From the NCBI GenBank assembly GCA_015064085.1, contig SVSX01000003.1, forward strand, positions 9,145 through 73,144: a stretch of 64,000 nt of DNA, read 5' to 3'. This document shows, one piece after another, positions 17,859 through 27,765 of this stretch; positions within the stretch are counted from its first letter, which is position 1; the number at the start of each line of letters is the position of its first letter. The notes under the pieces are model-generated. The model saw nothing but the letters and a program-made list of their open reading frames with translations, was not told the origin of the DNA and did no database searches. The translations under genes were made by a program, and so were the position numbers. The DNA is from Oscillospiraceae bacterium. GTDB taxonomy: Bacteria; Bacillota; Clostridia; Oscillospirales; CAG-272.

Positions 17859-19295
17859 TCAATTTATTTTGAAAGTAGTACCCTGAGGGGTATCTATGAG
17901 GGTCACGCCCTTATCGGAAAGCTCCTTGCGTATTGCGTCGGCTTTCGCGTAATCCTTAGCTGCCTTTGCCGCGCGGCGCTCGGCGATCTTTGCTTCTATC
18001 TCGGCGATGAATGGATCGTCGGATATCGGCTTTTCCTCTTCCTTGGTTGCCTCAAGGAGCTTCTTAGCTGCCTTTGTGAGGTCGAGACCGAGGACGGTAT
18101 CATATTCGTCGACAAGCGCGAGCTTTGTTGCGGCGTTGGTCTTTGCCTTAAGCAGATCATAGAGGGCGGTGATGGCGAGGGAGGTGTTCAGATCGTTGTC
18201 AAGTGCTGCCTTGAAGCCTGCTCTGAGTGTCTCGGCATCAGCCTCGTTTACGGGAGCTGTGTCATTTTCCTTGATAAGCGCCGCAATTCTCTGAGCCAGC
18301 TTATTGTATGCGATCACTGTATTGTCGAGGTTCTCATAAGAGAAGACAAGTGACTTGCGGTAGTGAGACTGGAGGCAGAACATACGGTAAACGAGGGGAT
18401 CGTATCCCTTGCTTTCAAGGAGAGAAACGGTAAGGAATTCGCCGCTTGACTTGCTCATCTTGCCCGAATTGGTGTTCAGGTGGTGGACGTGAAACCAATA
18501 ATTACACCATTTATGACCAACGTATGCCTCGCTCTGTGCGATCTCGTTGGTGTGGTGGGGGAATGCGTTATCTATTCCGCCGCAGTGGATATCGAGGTAT
18601 TCGCCGAGGTTTTTCATACTGATGCAGGAGCACTCGATATGCCAACCGGGGTAGCCGATACCCCAGGGGCTATCCCATTTAAGCTCCTGATCGTCAAATT
18701 TCGACTTTGTAAACCAGAGAACGAAGTCAGCCTTGTTTTTCTTGTTGGTGTCCTCCTCAACTCCCTCGCGGACGCCCACAGCGAGGTCGTCCTCCTTAAA
18801 GTCGTTGAAGACGTAATACTGCTTGAGCTTCGAGGTGTCGAAATAGATATTTCCGCCAGCCTCGTAGGCGTATCCTTTTTCGATAAGCGAGGTGATGACC
18901 TCGATGAAGCTATCGATACAGGAGGTTGCGGGGGCAACCACGTCGGGGGTCTTGATGTTCAGCTTTGCGCAATCGGCGAAGAAGGCATCGGTATAGAATT
19001 TAGCTATCTCCATAACGGTCTTCTTTTCTCGCTTAGCGCCCTTGAGCATTTTGTCCTCGCCCTCGTCGGCGTCGCTTGTGAGGTGACCGACATCGGTGAT
19101 GTTCATAACTCGCTTTACGTCATAGCCCGAATAGCGGAGGTGCTTTTCAAGCACGTCCTCCATAATATAGCTGCGAAGATTTCCTATGTGGGCATAGTGA
19201 TATACCGTTGGTCCGCAGGTATACATATTTACCTTGCCGGGAACGTTCGGTATGAATTCTTCTCTTTTTCTTGAGAGGGAATTGTAGATAAGCAT
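17859..19295 (-). CDS. cysS: cysteine--tRNA ligase
   Basis: Class I motifs (CGPTVYHYAHIGN for HIGH, KMSKS present). 478 aa. Confidence 0.93.
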   Translation of the reverse strand: MLIYNSLSRKREEFIPNVPGKVNMYTCGPTVYHYAHIGNLRSYIMEDVLEKHLRYSGYDVKRVMNITDVGHLTSDADEGEDKMLKGAKREKKTVMEIAKFYTDAFFADCAKLNIKTPDVVAPATSCIDSFIEVITSLIEKGYAYEAGGNIYFDTSKLKQYYVFNDFKEDDLAVGVREGVEEDTNKKNKADFVLWFTKSKFDDQELKWDSPWGIGYPGWHIECSCISMKNLGEYLDIHCGGIDNAFPHHTNEIAQSEAYVGHKWCNYWFHVHHLNTNSGKMSKSSGEFLTVSLLESKGYDPLVYRMFCLQSHYRKSLVFSYENLDNTVIAYNKLAQRIAALIKENDTAPVNEADAETLRAGFKAALDNDLNTSLAITALYDLLKAKTNAATKLALVDEYDTVLGLDLTKAAKKLLEATKEEEKPISDDPFIAEIEAKIAERRAAKAAKDYAKADAIRKELSDKGVTLIDTPQGTTFKIN

Positions 19296-19321
19296 TTCTG
19301 TCTCCTTTTTATATCTTGATC

Positions 19322-20062
19322 TTACTGATTGTTTGCTTTTTTGACCTGCTTTTCAAGCTCATTGAGCTTAGCCTCAAGGGCTTTTATCTGCTGAGCGATG
19401 GGGTCGGGAATATTGACGTGGTCAAGGGGATCTACCTTCTGACCCTCGCGCTTTACTATCTTCGCGGGGATTCCCACAGCCGTGCAGTTCTCGGGTATCT
19501 CCTCAAGGACTACGGCGTTTGCGGCGATCTTGGTGTTATCTCCTATCTTGAAAGGACCGAGGACCTTAGCTCCCGCACCTACCATAACACCGTTTCCGAG
19601 TGTTGGGTGTCGTTTGCCCTTGTCCTTACCCGTACCTCCGAGGGTAACTCCCTGATATATTGTGCAATCGTCTCCGATGACTGTCGTCTCTCCGATGACG
19701 ACTCCCATACCGTGGTCGATGACAAGACCCTTGCCGATCTCAGCACCGGGGTGGATCTCAATACCTGTGAGATGTCTTGCTGTCTGGCTTATGGCTCTTG
19801 CGGCGAGATATTTTTCCTTGATATGAAGCTCGTGGGCTACTCTGTACGCGATAAGGGCGTGGAGTCCCGAATAAAGGAGCACGACCTCGGCGGTGCTTTT
19901 TGCGGCGGGGTCTCTTTCCTTTATAGCCTTTATATCGTATTTGATATATTCGCTGAGCTTCGCGATATTTTCCTTTGCCGCGACAGCCTTCTTTTTAAGC
20001 TCTGCTTTTTTTTCTTCGGCTTTTTTAGGGTCTTTTACGATAACGATCTTTGCGACTCGCAT
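19322..20062 (-). CDS. cysE: serine O-acetyltransferase
   Basis: Start MRVAKIV with a GGAGG RBS. Hexapeptide-repeat core (HPGAEIGKGLVIDHGMGVVIGETTVIGDD). Lys-rich N-terminal and coiled-coil-like C-terminal extensions. Confidence 0.85.
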   Translation of the reverse strand: MRVAKIVIVKDPKKAEEKKAELKKKAVAAKENIAKLSEYIKYDIKAIKERDPAAKSTAEVVLLYSGLHALIAYRVAHELHIKEKYLAARAISQTARHLTGIEIHPGAEIGKGLVIDHGMGVVIGETTVIGDDCTIYQGVTLGGTGKDKGKRHPTLGNGVMVGAGAKVLGPFKIGDNTKIAANAVVLEEIPENCTAVGIPAKIVKREGQKVDPLDHVNIPDPIAQQIKALEAKLNELEKQVKKANNQ

Positions 20063-20074
20063 AAATCTACCTCC

Positions 20075-20345
20075 AAATAAAAATGAAGCCTCTGTACCCA
20101 AAGGTACAGAGGCATATTAACGCGGTTCCACTCTGCTTCAAAGACGAGTGTCTTTGATCTCTTGTCCGTAACGGGGACTAAGCGCTGAAGATCAGGACCT
20201 CCCGAGCGCACATTTCCGCTTCTCGCCATACCGCTCACAGCCAAGGCGGTAATTCTCTGAGGCGAGGTAAACGCGTTTTTCTTCCCGTTCATCGGTCAAA
20301 ATATATTACATCACATATTATACACGATAATATTAGTTTTGTAAA
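20075..20345 (-). promoter_or_regulatory. promoter plus T-box riboswitch leader (Cys specifier) controlling cysE-cysS
   Basis: Minus strand reads TTTACA, 17 nt, TATAAT (20345-20317). Stem I carries AGAGA and GAAAUGUGC (UGU/UGC codons). T-box sequence AGAGTGGAACCGCG. Terminator GCCTCTGTACC-TTTG-GGTACAGAGGC plus U-run lies just before the cysE RBS. Confidence 0.8.
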
Positions 20346-20359
20346 CAGTTTTTTGAAAT

Positions 20360-20581
20360 TTAGTTTTCGGATTTATCGCCCTCAAGGAATTCCGAGATAT
20401 CAATCTCCCTGAGCTTTGCCTCGGGGATCTTACCCTTTGTTCTCTCGAAATAGGCGATATTGTTTCTCAGCATAAAGTTGAACTGATTTGAGGGGGTTCT
20501 TTTTTCCGCCTCGCAGATATAGAGAAGCCTTTTCAGCATATCCTCGGAGAGGCGTACGTTGATGCTATAGCTGTTTTTCAT
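20360..20581 (-). CDS. small ribbon-helix-helix (Arc/CopG-like) protein
   Basis: 73 aa. N-terminal INVRLSEDMLKRLLYICEAEKRT fits the RHH beta-strand/helix pattern. Assignment is tentative. Confidence 0.45.
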   Translation of the reverse strand: MKNSYSINVRLSEDMLKRLLYICEAEKRTPSNQFNFMLRNNIAYFERTKGKIPEAKLREIDISEFLEGDKSEN

Positions 20582-20593
20582 ATTGACTTTTCC

Positions 20594-21682
20594 TTATTTC
20601 TTCTTATTCTGAGTGTTATTCTTTCTTACGGTTGTTGTATTCTTACCCGCATTCTTCTTTTCGGAGCGAATGAGGAAGACAGCCGCTACCGCGATACCGA
20701 TGAGAACTATCGCGAAGATGGCAATTGAAACGTAGGTGGAAGGACCGACCTCATCCTCGGTCTCATTTTCATCATTATCGGTTGTCTCTGCGGGGACATC
20801 GTTCTTAGTATAGGTCACGGTCTCCTCACGGTTTGCGCCGTAAAGATATCCCGAGACAGTCAGCTTATCCGCCGTATATCCCTCTATTGCGGGGGAAACG
20901 ATGCTGTAAGATCCGCCGTAGGGGATAGCATCTCTTGTTTCGGGGGCGTGGAGCTCATTGCCCTCGGTGTCGAGGTACTTCACGGTGATCGACGCATCAG
21001 CGGAAGAAGACTCTGTTCTTGAAGCGTCAGCGGCGGTCTTTTTGCAGTCCTCGAAGGCGTTTGCGGCGATCATATCGTCGCCTATAGCTGAGTTGAGGAG
21101 CAGCTTATCGAGAGAGCGACAGCCCTTGAAGGTCCACTCGGGAATGCTGACGGGAGCAAGGACAGCCGCGTCTGTAACAGCCGAGCAGAAGGCGAAGGCT
21201 CTAGCACCCATTGTCTGCACTCCTGCGGGAACGAAAGCCGCGGTAAGTGCGGAGCAGCCCTCGAAGGCAGACTCACCTATAGAGATGAGAGACGCGGGAA
21301 GGGAAATGTTCTTAAGAGCCGTGTTAAAGGCGAAGGAGCATTTTCCGAGAGAGGTCACCGAATCGGGTATCGTTACGTTTTCGAGTACCGAGAAGCTATA
21401 GAAGGCATAAGCGCCGACCTTTGTTACACCGTTCGAGATGGTGACAGTTTTCGCGGAGGTGGCAACAGCCGCCCAAGGCGCTTCGGAGGAGCTTGTGAAG
21501 TCCTTCATCTCGCCGCTGCCCGAGATGCTCAGGGTCTTGGTATCGGAATCGTATTTCCAGACGAGTCCGTTTTCGCACGTTCCCTCAGCGCTTTTAGCGT
21601 TTGACTTACCGCAGGCGGTGAGAGAGAGGATAAGTAAGAGCGACACCAAAAGGAGCGCCGTTATTCTGATGGTTCTTTTCAT
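20594..21682 (-). CDS. cell-surface BspA-type leucine-rich repeat protein with MucBP-like domain and C-terminal TM anchor
   Basis: Lipobox LTAC. LRR_5-type repeats (VTIPDSVTSLGKCSFAFNTALKNISLPASLISIGESAFEGCSAL). ITVKYLDTEGNEL MucBP-like module. C-terminal TM plus a Lys-rich tail. Confidence 0.75.
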   Translation of the reverse strand: MKRTIRITALLLVSLLLILSLTACGKSNAKSAEGTCENGLVWKYDSDTKTLSISGSGEMKDFTSSSEAPWAAVATSAKTVTISNGVTKVGAYAFYSFSVLENVTIPDSVTSLGKCSFAFNTALKNISLPASLISIGESAFEGCSALTAAFVPAGVQTMGARAFAFCSAVTDAAVLAPVSIPEWTFKGCRSLDKLLLNSAIGDDMIAANAFEDCKKTAADASRTESSSADASITVKYLDTEGNELHAPETRDAIPYGGSYSIVSPAIEGYTADKLTVSGYLYGANREETVTYTKNDVPAETTDNDENETEDEVGPSTYVSIAIFAIVLIGIAVAAVFLIRSEKKNAGKNTTTVRKNNTQNKKK

Positions 21683-21742
21683 TTTCTTTTACCTTTCAAA
21701 AATAAGTAATCTATACTATCACATTATATTATACAATATTTC

Positions 21743-22903
21743 TTATTCTCTGTCAATGGTGATTACGGCAAAATAATTGGGATCGAGCCGTGAAATTTCG
21801 GTGGAAATACTCTCTTTGAGCTGAATGTCGGAGAGCTTTAGCTCAAAGGGGGCGAGAACGTCGAAGATCAGATTTGAGTGAGTAGAGCCGCTGACGTATC
21901 TGAAATCGTGGATATCGAGCTCGGGGGATACTCTTTTTACAGCCTCGCGGACGCTGTTTCGGAGAGCTGTGACCTTTTCGTCATCGGTGACTATTGGGTC
22001 GAGGTGTACCGTCGCTTTGACAGACATCTCGGAAAAGAGCCGCTTTTCCAGATTATCTATAGCGTCGTGAGTCTCAAATATATTTTTTGAGCCGTCTACC
22101 TCGGCGTGAAGGGAGGCTATGGTGTTTCCCGCGCCGTAGTTGTGTACTATCAGATCGTGAATTCCGATTATCTCGGGATATTCGGCGGCGATGCTTCTTA
22201 TCTTTTCTATGACCTCGGGGTCGGGAGCTCCGCCAAGTATCGAATTTTTTGCTTCAAGAAGTACCTTTACTCCCGCGATGAAGATTATCACCGACACCGC
22301 AACTCCCATATATCCGTCGGTAACGAAGCCCGTAAAGTGGGTTATTATCATAGATACAAGGACCGCCGAGGTGGCGATAGCGTCGCAGAGGCTGTCGAGG
22401 GCGGTGGCTTTTACGACCGAAGAGCCTATCCTCTTGCCTATCTTTCCGTTGAAGAGAGATATCCAAAGCTTTGTGGCAATAGAGAGAATAAGTATTGCGG
22501 CGCTCATAGCTCCGAGCTTTGTGGGCTCGGGAGAGATTATCTTTTCCACCGAGGAGGAGAAGAGCTTGAAGGAGATCGTGATTATGATAAAGGAGACGAT
22601 CATCGAGGCGAAGTACTCAAATCTCGCGTGACCGAAGGGGTGGCCTCGGTCCGCGGGCTTCACCGATATCTTAAAGCTTATGAGCGATATTACCTGCGAC
22701 ATAGCGTCGGAGAGATTGTTGACGGCGTCGGCTGTGACCGATACCGAAGCCGAGAGCACACCCGCTGTGAGCTTCGCTATGGCGAGGAGAATGTTGAATA
22801 TTATTCCCACCGCGCTTGAGAGCGTGCCGTAGGCGCTCCTCACGGTAGGATCATTGAGCTTTTCTCTGTTTTTAATAAAGATACGGCATAGGAGTTCTGT
22901 CAT
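21743..22903 (-). CDS. cation diffusion facilitator family transporter
   Basis: Six TM segments with CDF motifs (SVSVTADAVNNLSDA, HPFGHARFEY) and a C-terminal cytoplasmic domain. Confidence 0.85.
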   Translation of the reverse strand: MTELLCRIFIKNREKLNDPTVRSAYGTLSSAVGIIFNILLAIAKLTAGVLSASVSVTADAVNNLSDAMSQVISLISFKISVKPADRGHPFGHARFEYFASMIVSFIIITISFKLFSSSVEKIISPEPTKLGAMSAAILILSIATKLWISLFNGKIGKRIGSSVVKATALDSLCDAIATSAVLVSMIITHFTGFVTDGYMGVAVSVIIFIAGVKVLLEAKNSILGGAPDPEVIEKIRSIAAEYPEIIGIHDLIVHNYGAGNTIASLHAEVDGSKNIFETHDAIDNLEKRLFSEMSVKATVHLDPIVTDDEKVTALRNSVREAVKRVSPELDIHDFRYVSGSTHSNLIFDVLAPFELKLSDIQLKESISTEISRLDPNYFAVITIDRE

Positions 22904-22918
22904 AATGTCACCTGAAAA

Positions 22919-24352
22919 TTAAAACTTGAAATATAGGAAGGGATTGTATCCCGAGTTTACAAGATAAGCCACCGAAAGCAGGATAGCCGACAGCGAGAGG
23001 GCGTTCTGAAGGAAGGATAACGACGTCCTCCGTCTTTCGCCTCTGAGGGCAGCTAAGGTCAGCTTTTTCGGTATATCTGTTGAGGCTATCGCCATTATCG
23101 CAAGGACTGTGAGACTGCGGAGCAGTGTATAAAGGCTATCCGAGGTATATAGCGCTGTGCCGCCAAATCCTATAAGGATCTTAAGGGCGGCGAGGCTGTC
23201 CGAGACCGAAAATCCGTTGGCAGTGCCATCGGCGGCGAAGATCAGCCACCCGACGGCTATGAGCAAAAGAGAGTAGGCTCGGCGCAGGAGCGAGGGAAGT
23301 CTTTCAAGCCATTTCAGAAGAAAGGCTTTCTCCAGCGAGAGGATAAGAAAATAATAGAGTCCCCACAAAAGAAAATTGAGTCCCGCCCCGTGCCAGAGCC
23401 CTGTTAAGCTCCAGACAATGAGGAGATTCAGATAGGTCCGCGGCTTTCCTCTGCGGTTTCCGCCGAGGGGGATATAAAGGTAGTCTCTGAAAAAGCTTGA
23501 GAGGGTGATATGCCACCTTCTCCAGAATTCGGTTATACTCCTTGAGATATAGGGGTAATTGAAATTTTCGGGGAATGAAAAGCCGAATATCTTTCCAAGA
23601 CCGATAGCCATATCGGAGTATCCCGAAAAGTCAAAATAGATCTGGAACGAGAAGAATATAACTCCGAGCCAGACCGAAAGAAGGTCGGAGTCTCTTGTGA
23701 AGCCGAGGGCGAAGGTCTCCCACATCTCTCCCGCGGTGTTCGCGAGAATGACCTTCTTAGAAAGCCCCACAGAAAAGCGCCTGACTCCCTCAGCCGCAAG
23801 GGTGAGTGAATGTCTGCGCCCTCTCATATCCTTTTCTATATCGCCGTATTTTACGATAGGACCTGCTATGAGCTGTGGAAAAAGAGTGACGTAGGTAGCG
23901 GGAATAAAAGGGTCTTTCGCCGCTTTTACCTCGCCCCTGTAGATATCGATCACATAGGAGAGCGACTGGAAGGTATAAAAGGAGATGCCTATCGGCAGAG
24001 GAATATTAAGAGGCTTTAGTGAGCTTCCCAGAAGGATATCCGAGAGAAGCTCGGTGAATGCTCCGAAATATTTGAAAAAGGCAAGGAGCGAGAGGTTAAA
24101 GGTCACAGCGAGGATAAGAACTCCCTTTGGGTCTTTGCCTCTCTCCCGCTTTTTTTCTATAAGCCGTCCGAAAATATAGTCGGATAGGATAGTGAAAAGC
24201 ATCAAAAAAAGATATACGGGCTCTCCCATAGCATAAAAAACAAGGCTGAAGAGGAGAAGCACGTAATTTCCCGCTTTTCTTGGGAGAATAAAATAGACGG
24301 CGATGCAAAGCGGAAGAAAGAGAAAGAGAAATTCAAGTGAGGAAAAAAGCAT
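22919..24352 (-). CDS. MBOAT family O-acyltransferase (AlgI/DltB-like)
   Basis: N-terminus MLFSSLEFLFLFLP. Conserved FWRRWHITLSSFFRDYLYIPLGGNR histidine motif. Confidence 0.88.
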   Translation of the reverse strand: MLFSSLEFLFLFLPLCIAVYFILPRKAGNYVLLLFSLVFYAMGEPVYLFLMLFTILSDYIFGRLIEKKRERGKDPKGVLILAVTFNLSLLAFFKYFGAFTELLSDILLGSSLKPLNIPLPIGISFYTFQSLSYVIDIYRGEVKAAKDPFIPATYVTLFPQLIAGPIVKYGDIEKDMRGRRHSLTLAAEGVRRFSVGLSKKVILANTAGEMWETFALGFTRDSDLLSVWLGVIFFSFQIYFDFSGYSDMAIGLGKIFGFSFPENFNYPYISRSITEFWRRWHITLSSFFRDYLYIPLGGNRRGKPRTYLNLLIVWSLTGLWHGAGLNFLLWGLYYFLILSLEKAFLLKWLERLPSLLRRAYSLLLIAVGWLIFAADGTANGFSVSDSLAALKILIGFGGTALYTSDSLYTLLRSLTVLAIMAIASTDIPKKLTLAALRGERRRTSLSFLQNALSLSAILLSVAYLVNSGYNPFLYFKF

Positions 24353-24409
24353 TTTTCAAGCTCCCGTAAAATGAATATGTAATTTCTCTTTCTCTTTATC
24401 TATTCGGAT

Positions 24410-25666
24410 CTACTCGAGCTCCAGCATTGCCTCGACGGCAGACATTATTCCGATCCTGCCGCTTTCGTAGGTGAGTCCTCCCTGAAGGTAGGCGGTGTAT
24501 GGGGGGCGAAGAGGTCCGTCTACCGAGAGCTCTATCGACGAGCCTTGCGTAAACGCTCCCGCCGCCATAATGACCTCGTCAGTGTACCCCGGCATTGCCC
24601 AGGGCTCGGGGGTCACGAAGGAGTCTATGGGTGAGCCCGCCTGAATACCTCTGCAAAGGGCGCAGAGCTTTTCGGGGGATCTTGTGAGTACGGTCTGTAT
24701 TATATCATATCTCGGCTCATTCCATTTGGGCTCGACCTCATATCCGAGAGCGTCGAACATATAGGCGGCAAGATGTGCCGTTTTGATAGCCTGAGCCGTT
24801 GTGTGGGGGGCATAGAAAAGCCCCTTGAAGATGCTCTTGGTCTGACCGAGAGTAGCGCCGACCTCACAGCCGACACCGACCGACGTCAGACGGTAGGAGG
24901 CAAGCTCCACCGCCTTTGCGCTTCCCGCGATATATCCGCCGCTTTCAGCCATACCGCCGCCGGGATTTTTGATGAGCGAGCCGATTATCATATCCGCGCC
25001 GTGTGCGGTGGGCTCTTCTGTTTCGGTAAATTCGCCGTAGCAGTTATCCACCACCACGTAAGAGTCGGGAGATATCTTTTTGACGAACGCCGTGACCTCG
25101 GCGATCTGAGCGACGCTGAGGGTCTTTCTGTTGAGATATCCCTTTGAGCGCTGAATGAATACCACCTTTACCTTGCTTTTGTGCTCGGTGAGGACGGCAC
25201 TTATCCGCTCAAGGTCGAAGCTTCCGTCGGGAAGAAGGTCGGACTGCATATATGAGACTCCGAAATCCTTAAGAGAGCCGTTACCCGCCTCTCCAACGTT
25301 TCCTATGACCTCGTCGAGGGTATCGTAAGGCTTACCCGCTATAGAGAACATAATATCCCCAGGGCGGAGAAGACCGAAAAGACCTATGGTCAGCGCCTGA
25401 GTTCCGTTTACGATGCTGTGACGGACAAATGCCGCCTCAGCTCCCATAACGTCAGCCCATATTCTGTCGAGGGTATCTCTTCCTCTGTCATCGTAGCCAT
25501 ATCCGCTCGTTGGAGCAAACATAGCCTCGCTCACTCTGTGCTCGGCGAATGCCCTCATAATTTTTTCGGTGTTCGCAAAGGAGATAGCGTCTACTCTCGC
25601 GAAAACCTCCTTGAGCTTTTCCTCGGCTTCCGCCGCGAGTCCTAAAACTTTATCAGAAAATATCAT
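24410..25666 (-). CDS. PLP-dependent methionine gamma-lyase family protein (YnbB / aluminium-resistance type)
   Basis: 418 aa. Pattern YGYDDRGRD...SGTQAL...GSLIKNPGGG, typical of the PF06838 family. Confidence 0.75.
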   Translation of the reverse strand: MIFSDKVLGLAAEAEEKLKEVFARVDAISFANTEKIMRAFAEHRVSEAMFAPTSGYGYDDRGRDTLDRIWADVMGAEAAFVRHSIVNGTQALTIGLFGLLRPGDIMFSIAGKPYDTLDEVIGNVGEAGNGSLKDFGVSYMQSDLLPDGSFDLERISAVLTEHKSKVKVVFIQRSKGYLNRKTLSVAQIAEVTAFVKKISPDSYVVVDNCYGEFTETEEPTAHGADMIIGSLIKNPGGGMAESGGYIAGSAKAVELASYRLTSVGVGCEVGATLGQTKSIFKGLFYAPHTTAQAIKTAHLAAYMFDALGYEVEPKWNEPRYDIIQTVLTRSPEKLCALCRGIQAGSPIDSFVTPEPWAMPGYTDEVIMAAGAFTQGSSIELSVDGPLRPPYTAYLQGGLTYESGRIGIMSAVEAMLELE

Positions 25667-25677
25667 ATCAGTCTCCG

Positions 25678-26679
25678 TTATTTCAGTTGGTTTATAAATT
25701 CCACAGTGAGGTCGGCACAGGCTTTCGCATCGTTAAGGTCGCAGAGCTCATTCTGGGTGTGGATATATCTTGTGGGGATAGAGAGCGCGCCTGCCTTGCA
25801 GCCCATACCCGTCATCTGCACCGAGCTGGTATCCGTTCCTCCGTAGGTGAGTATTTCGTGCTGGTAGGGGATCTTCTTTTCCTTTGCGATCTCGGTGAGC
25901 ATCTCTACGACCTCTCTGTGGCAGATGACAGAGCTGTCCTTTATTTTGATAGCCGCGCCCTTTCCGACGGAACACGCCATAGGCTTAGCTCCCTCGGCGT
26001 CACCTGTTCCCGTAACGTCGTATATCAGCGCGTAATCGGGCGCGATAGCGAAGGACGCGGGCTTTGCTCCTCGGCAGCCTACCTCCTCCTGAACCGAGAA
26101 GACGTAGTAAACGTCGTGCGCGAGCTCCTTTTCGCTGAGAGCTTCGGCTATGCTTATGAGCACAGCGCAGCCTACTCTGTCGTCAAGGGGTCTGCCCGAG
26201 ACTCTGCTTGAGGTCAGCCTTCTGAGCGAGGGCTCGACAACGAAGAAGTCGCCGATCTTTACCCGTCTTTCGGCATCCTTTTTGTTTTTTGCCCCGATGT
26301 CGATGATGAATTTATCAGCAGAGAAGTCGGAGGATTTCACTCCGCTCTCGCAGATGACGATACCGTGAACGCCTTTTTCGGACACTACTCCCGCGGCGTA
26401 AGCCGCCACAAGGCTTATGCCTCCGACGCTTGACACGCGGATAAATCCGTTATCCTGAATATAGGTGACGAGAAAGCCGATCTCGTCCATATGAGCGCAG
26501 AGCATTATCTTTTTTTTATTTTCACCCTTGCCCTCTTTTTTTGCGATAAGGTTGCCCATATTGTCGGTAAAGACCGAGTCGGCGTAGGGTGAGATGATCT
26601 CAGAGAGCTTAGCCGAGACGGCGGTCTCCCTTCCCGAGACCGAGGGGATAAGGCAGAGTGTTTTCAGTGTGTTGTACAT
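25678..26679 (-). CDS. M42 family metallopeptidase (paralog 3 of 3)
   Basis: M42/FrvX pattern (AHMDEIGF, DDRVGC, QEEVGCRGA). Third gene of a tandem trio. Confidence 0.85.
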   Translation of the reverse strand: MYNTLKTLCLIPSVSGRETAVSAKLSEIISPYADSVFTDNMGNLIAKKEGKGENKKKIMLCAHMDEIGFLVTYIQDNGFIRVSSVGGISLVAAYAAGVVSEKGVHGIVICESGVKSSDFSADKFIIDIGAKNKKDAERRVKIGDFFVVEPSLRRLTSSRVSGRPLDDRVGCAVLISIAEALSEKELAHDVYYVFSVQEEVGCRGAKPASFAIAPDYALIYDVTGTGDAEGAKPMACSVGKGAAIKIKDSSVICHREVVEMLTEIAKEKKIPYQHEILTYGGTDTSSVQMTGMGCKAGALSIPTRYIHTQNELCDLNDAKACADLTVEFINQLK

Positions 26680-26694
26680 AATCTATCCTTTCTG

Positions 26695-27765
26695 TCAGAT
26701 CGCGGCGAGCACGTCGGATACGAGCAATGCCGAGAGGAGCTTTATCATTGAGAAATAATCCTCCTTATCCACCACGCAGGCGGGGGAGTGAAGGTATCTT
26801 GTGGGAGCGGAGAGTGCGAGGGTACGCACACCAACGCCACTCTTATGAATATGGGAGGCGTCGTTTCCGCCCGACACGTATTTCTTTATCTGTACGGGGA
26901 TATTCTCCCTCCCCGCGATAGCGAGGAGCGCGTCGACCATAGGACGGTCGTAGATGGTGGAGCGGTCCATAAGCGAGATAGCTCCGCCCTCTCCCTGTAT
27001 CGCCACCTTAGCCGAGTCCTTTGTACCTGCTATATCGGCGACGGCGGTTGTTTCAAGAACGATAGCCATATCGGGCATTATCGTTTGCGCCGCTACCTGA
27101 GCTCCCGAGATGCCTATCTCCTCACGTACGGTGAAGCAGAAATAAAGGTCATAGGGAAGAGTGTCCCTTATCCCATAGAGCTCACGCATAAGGAGTATCA
27201 GCACGGCACAGCCGAGTCTGTCATCCAGAGCCTTTCCCTTTATCTTTCCTCCGTCCTTGCCGAATTCGTAAAATTCCGAGCTGAAGGTGGCATAGCTTCC
27301 AACGTCGATACCGAGGTCCGACGCCCCTTCCTTTGAGGAGAGACCGATGTCGATATAGAGAGAGGAGGTCTTCGGGACTTTTTCTCTCTCGTCGGATTTT
27401 TTCAGGTGTATCGGCTTAGAGCCTATAACACCCTCAACAGTACCGTCCTTTGTTTCGACCGAGACGTTCTTTCCCGAAAGAACGCGGTTGTCGATCCCGC
27501 CGACAGTGTCAAATTTCAGATAACCCTCATCGGTGACCTCGGTCACCATAAATCCCACCTCGTCCATATGAGCCGACAGCATTATCTTCTTTCGACTTCC
27601 GCTTCCGATATGGGCGATGATATTTCCAAGTCTGTCTTTTTTCAGACTGTCGCAGCAGTCCTTTATCTCTTCAGAAATGAATTCCGAGACAGCTCCCTCG
27701 CAGCCCGAAGGACCGAAGAGGAGACAGAGCTTCCGCAAAAGCTCAATTTCGTCAAGCTTTTTCAT
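26695..27765 (-). CDS. M42 family metallopeptidase (paralog 2 of 3)
   Basis: AHMDEVGFMVT, LDDRLGC and REEIGISGA motifs. Confidence 0.85.
   Translation of the reverse strand: MKKLDEIELLRKLCLLFGPSGCEGAVSEFISEEIKDCCDSLKKDRLGNIIAHIGSGSRKKIMLSAHMDEVGFMVTEVTDEGYLKFDTVGGIDNRVLSGKNVSVETKDGTVEGVIGSKPIHLKKSDEREKVPKTSSLYIDIGLSSKEGASDLGIDVGSYATFSSEFYEFGKDGGKIKGKALDDRLGCAVLILLMRELYGIRDTLPYDLYFCFTVREEIGISGAQVAAQTIMPDMAIVLETTAVADIAGTKDSAKVAIQGEGGAISLMDRSTIYDRPMVDALLAIAGRENIPVQIKKYVSGGNDASHIHKSGVGVRTLALSAPTRYLHSPACVVDKEDYFSMIKLLSALLVSDVLAAI

Noticed and set aside
18480-19274. 264-aa plus-strand ORF, with a similar one at 19316-20080
   Set aside because: They are antisense to cysS and cysE respectively and have no motifs or RBS.
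20035-20292. 85-aa minus-strand ORF upstream of cysE
   Set aside because: It falls entirely within the T-box leader (stem I, T-box sequence and terminator), so the region is better explained as regulatory RNA.
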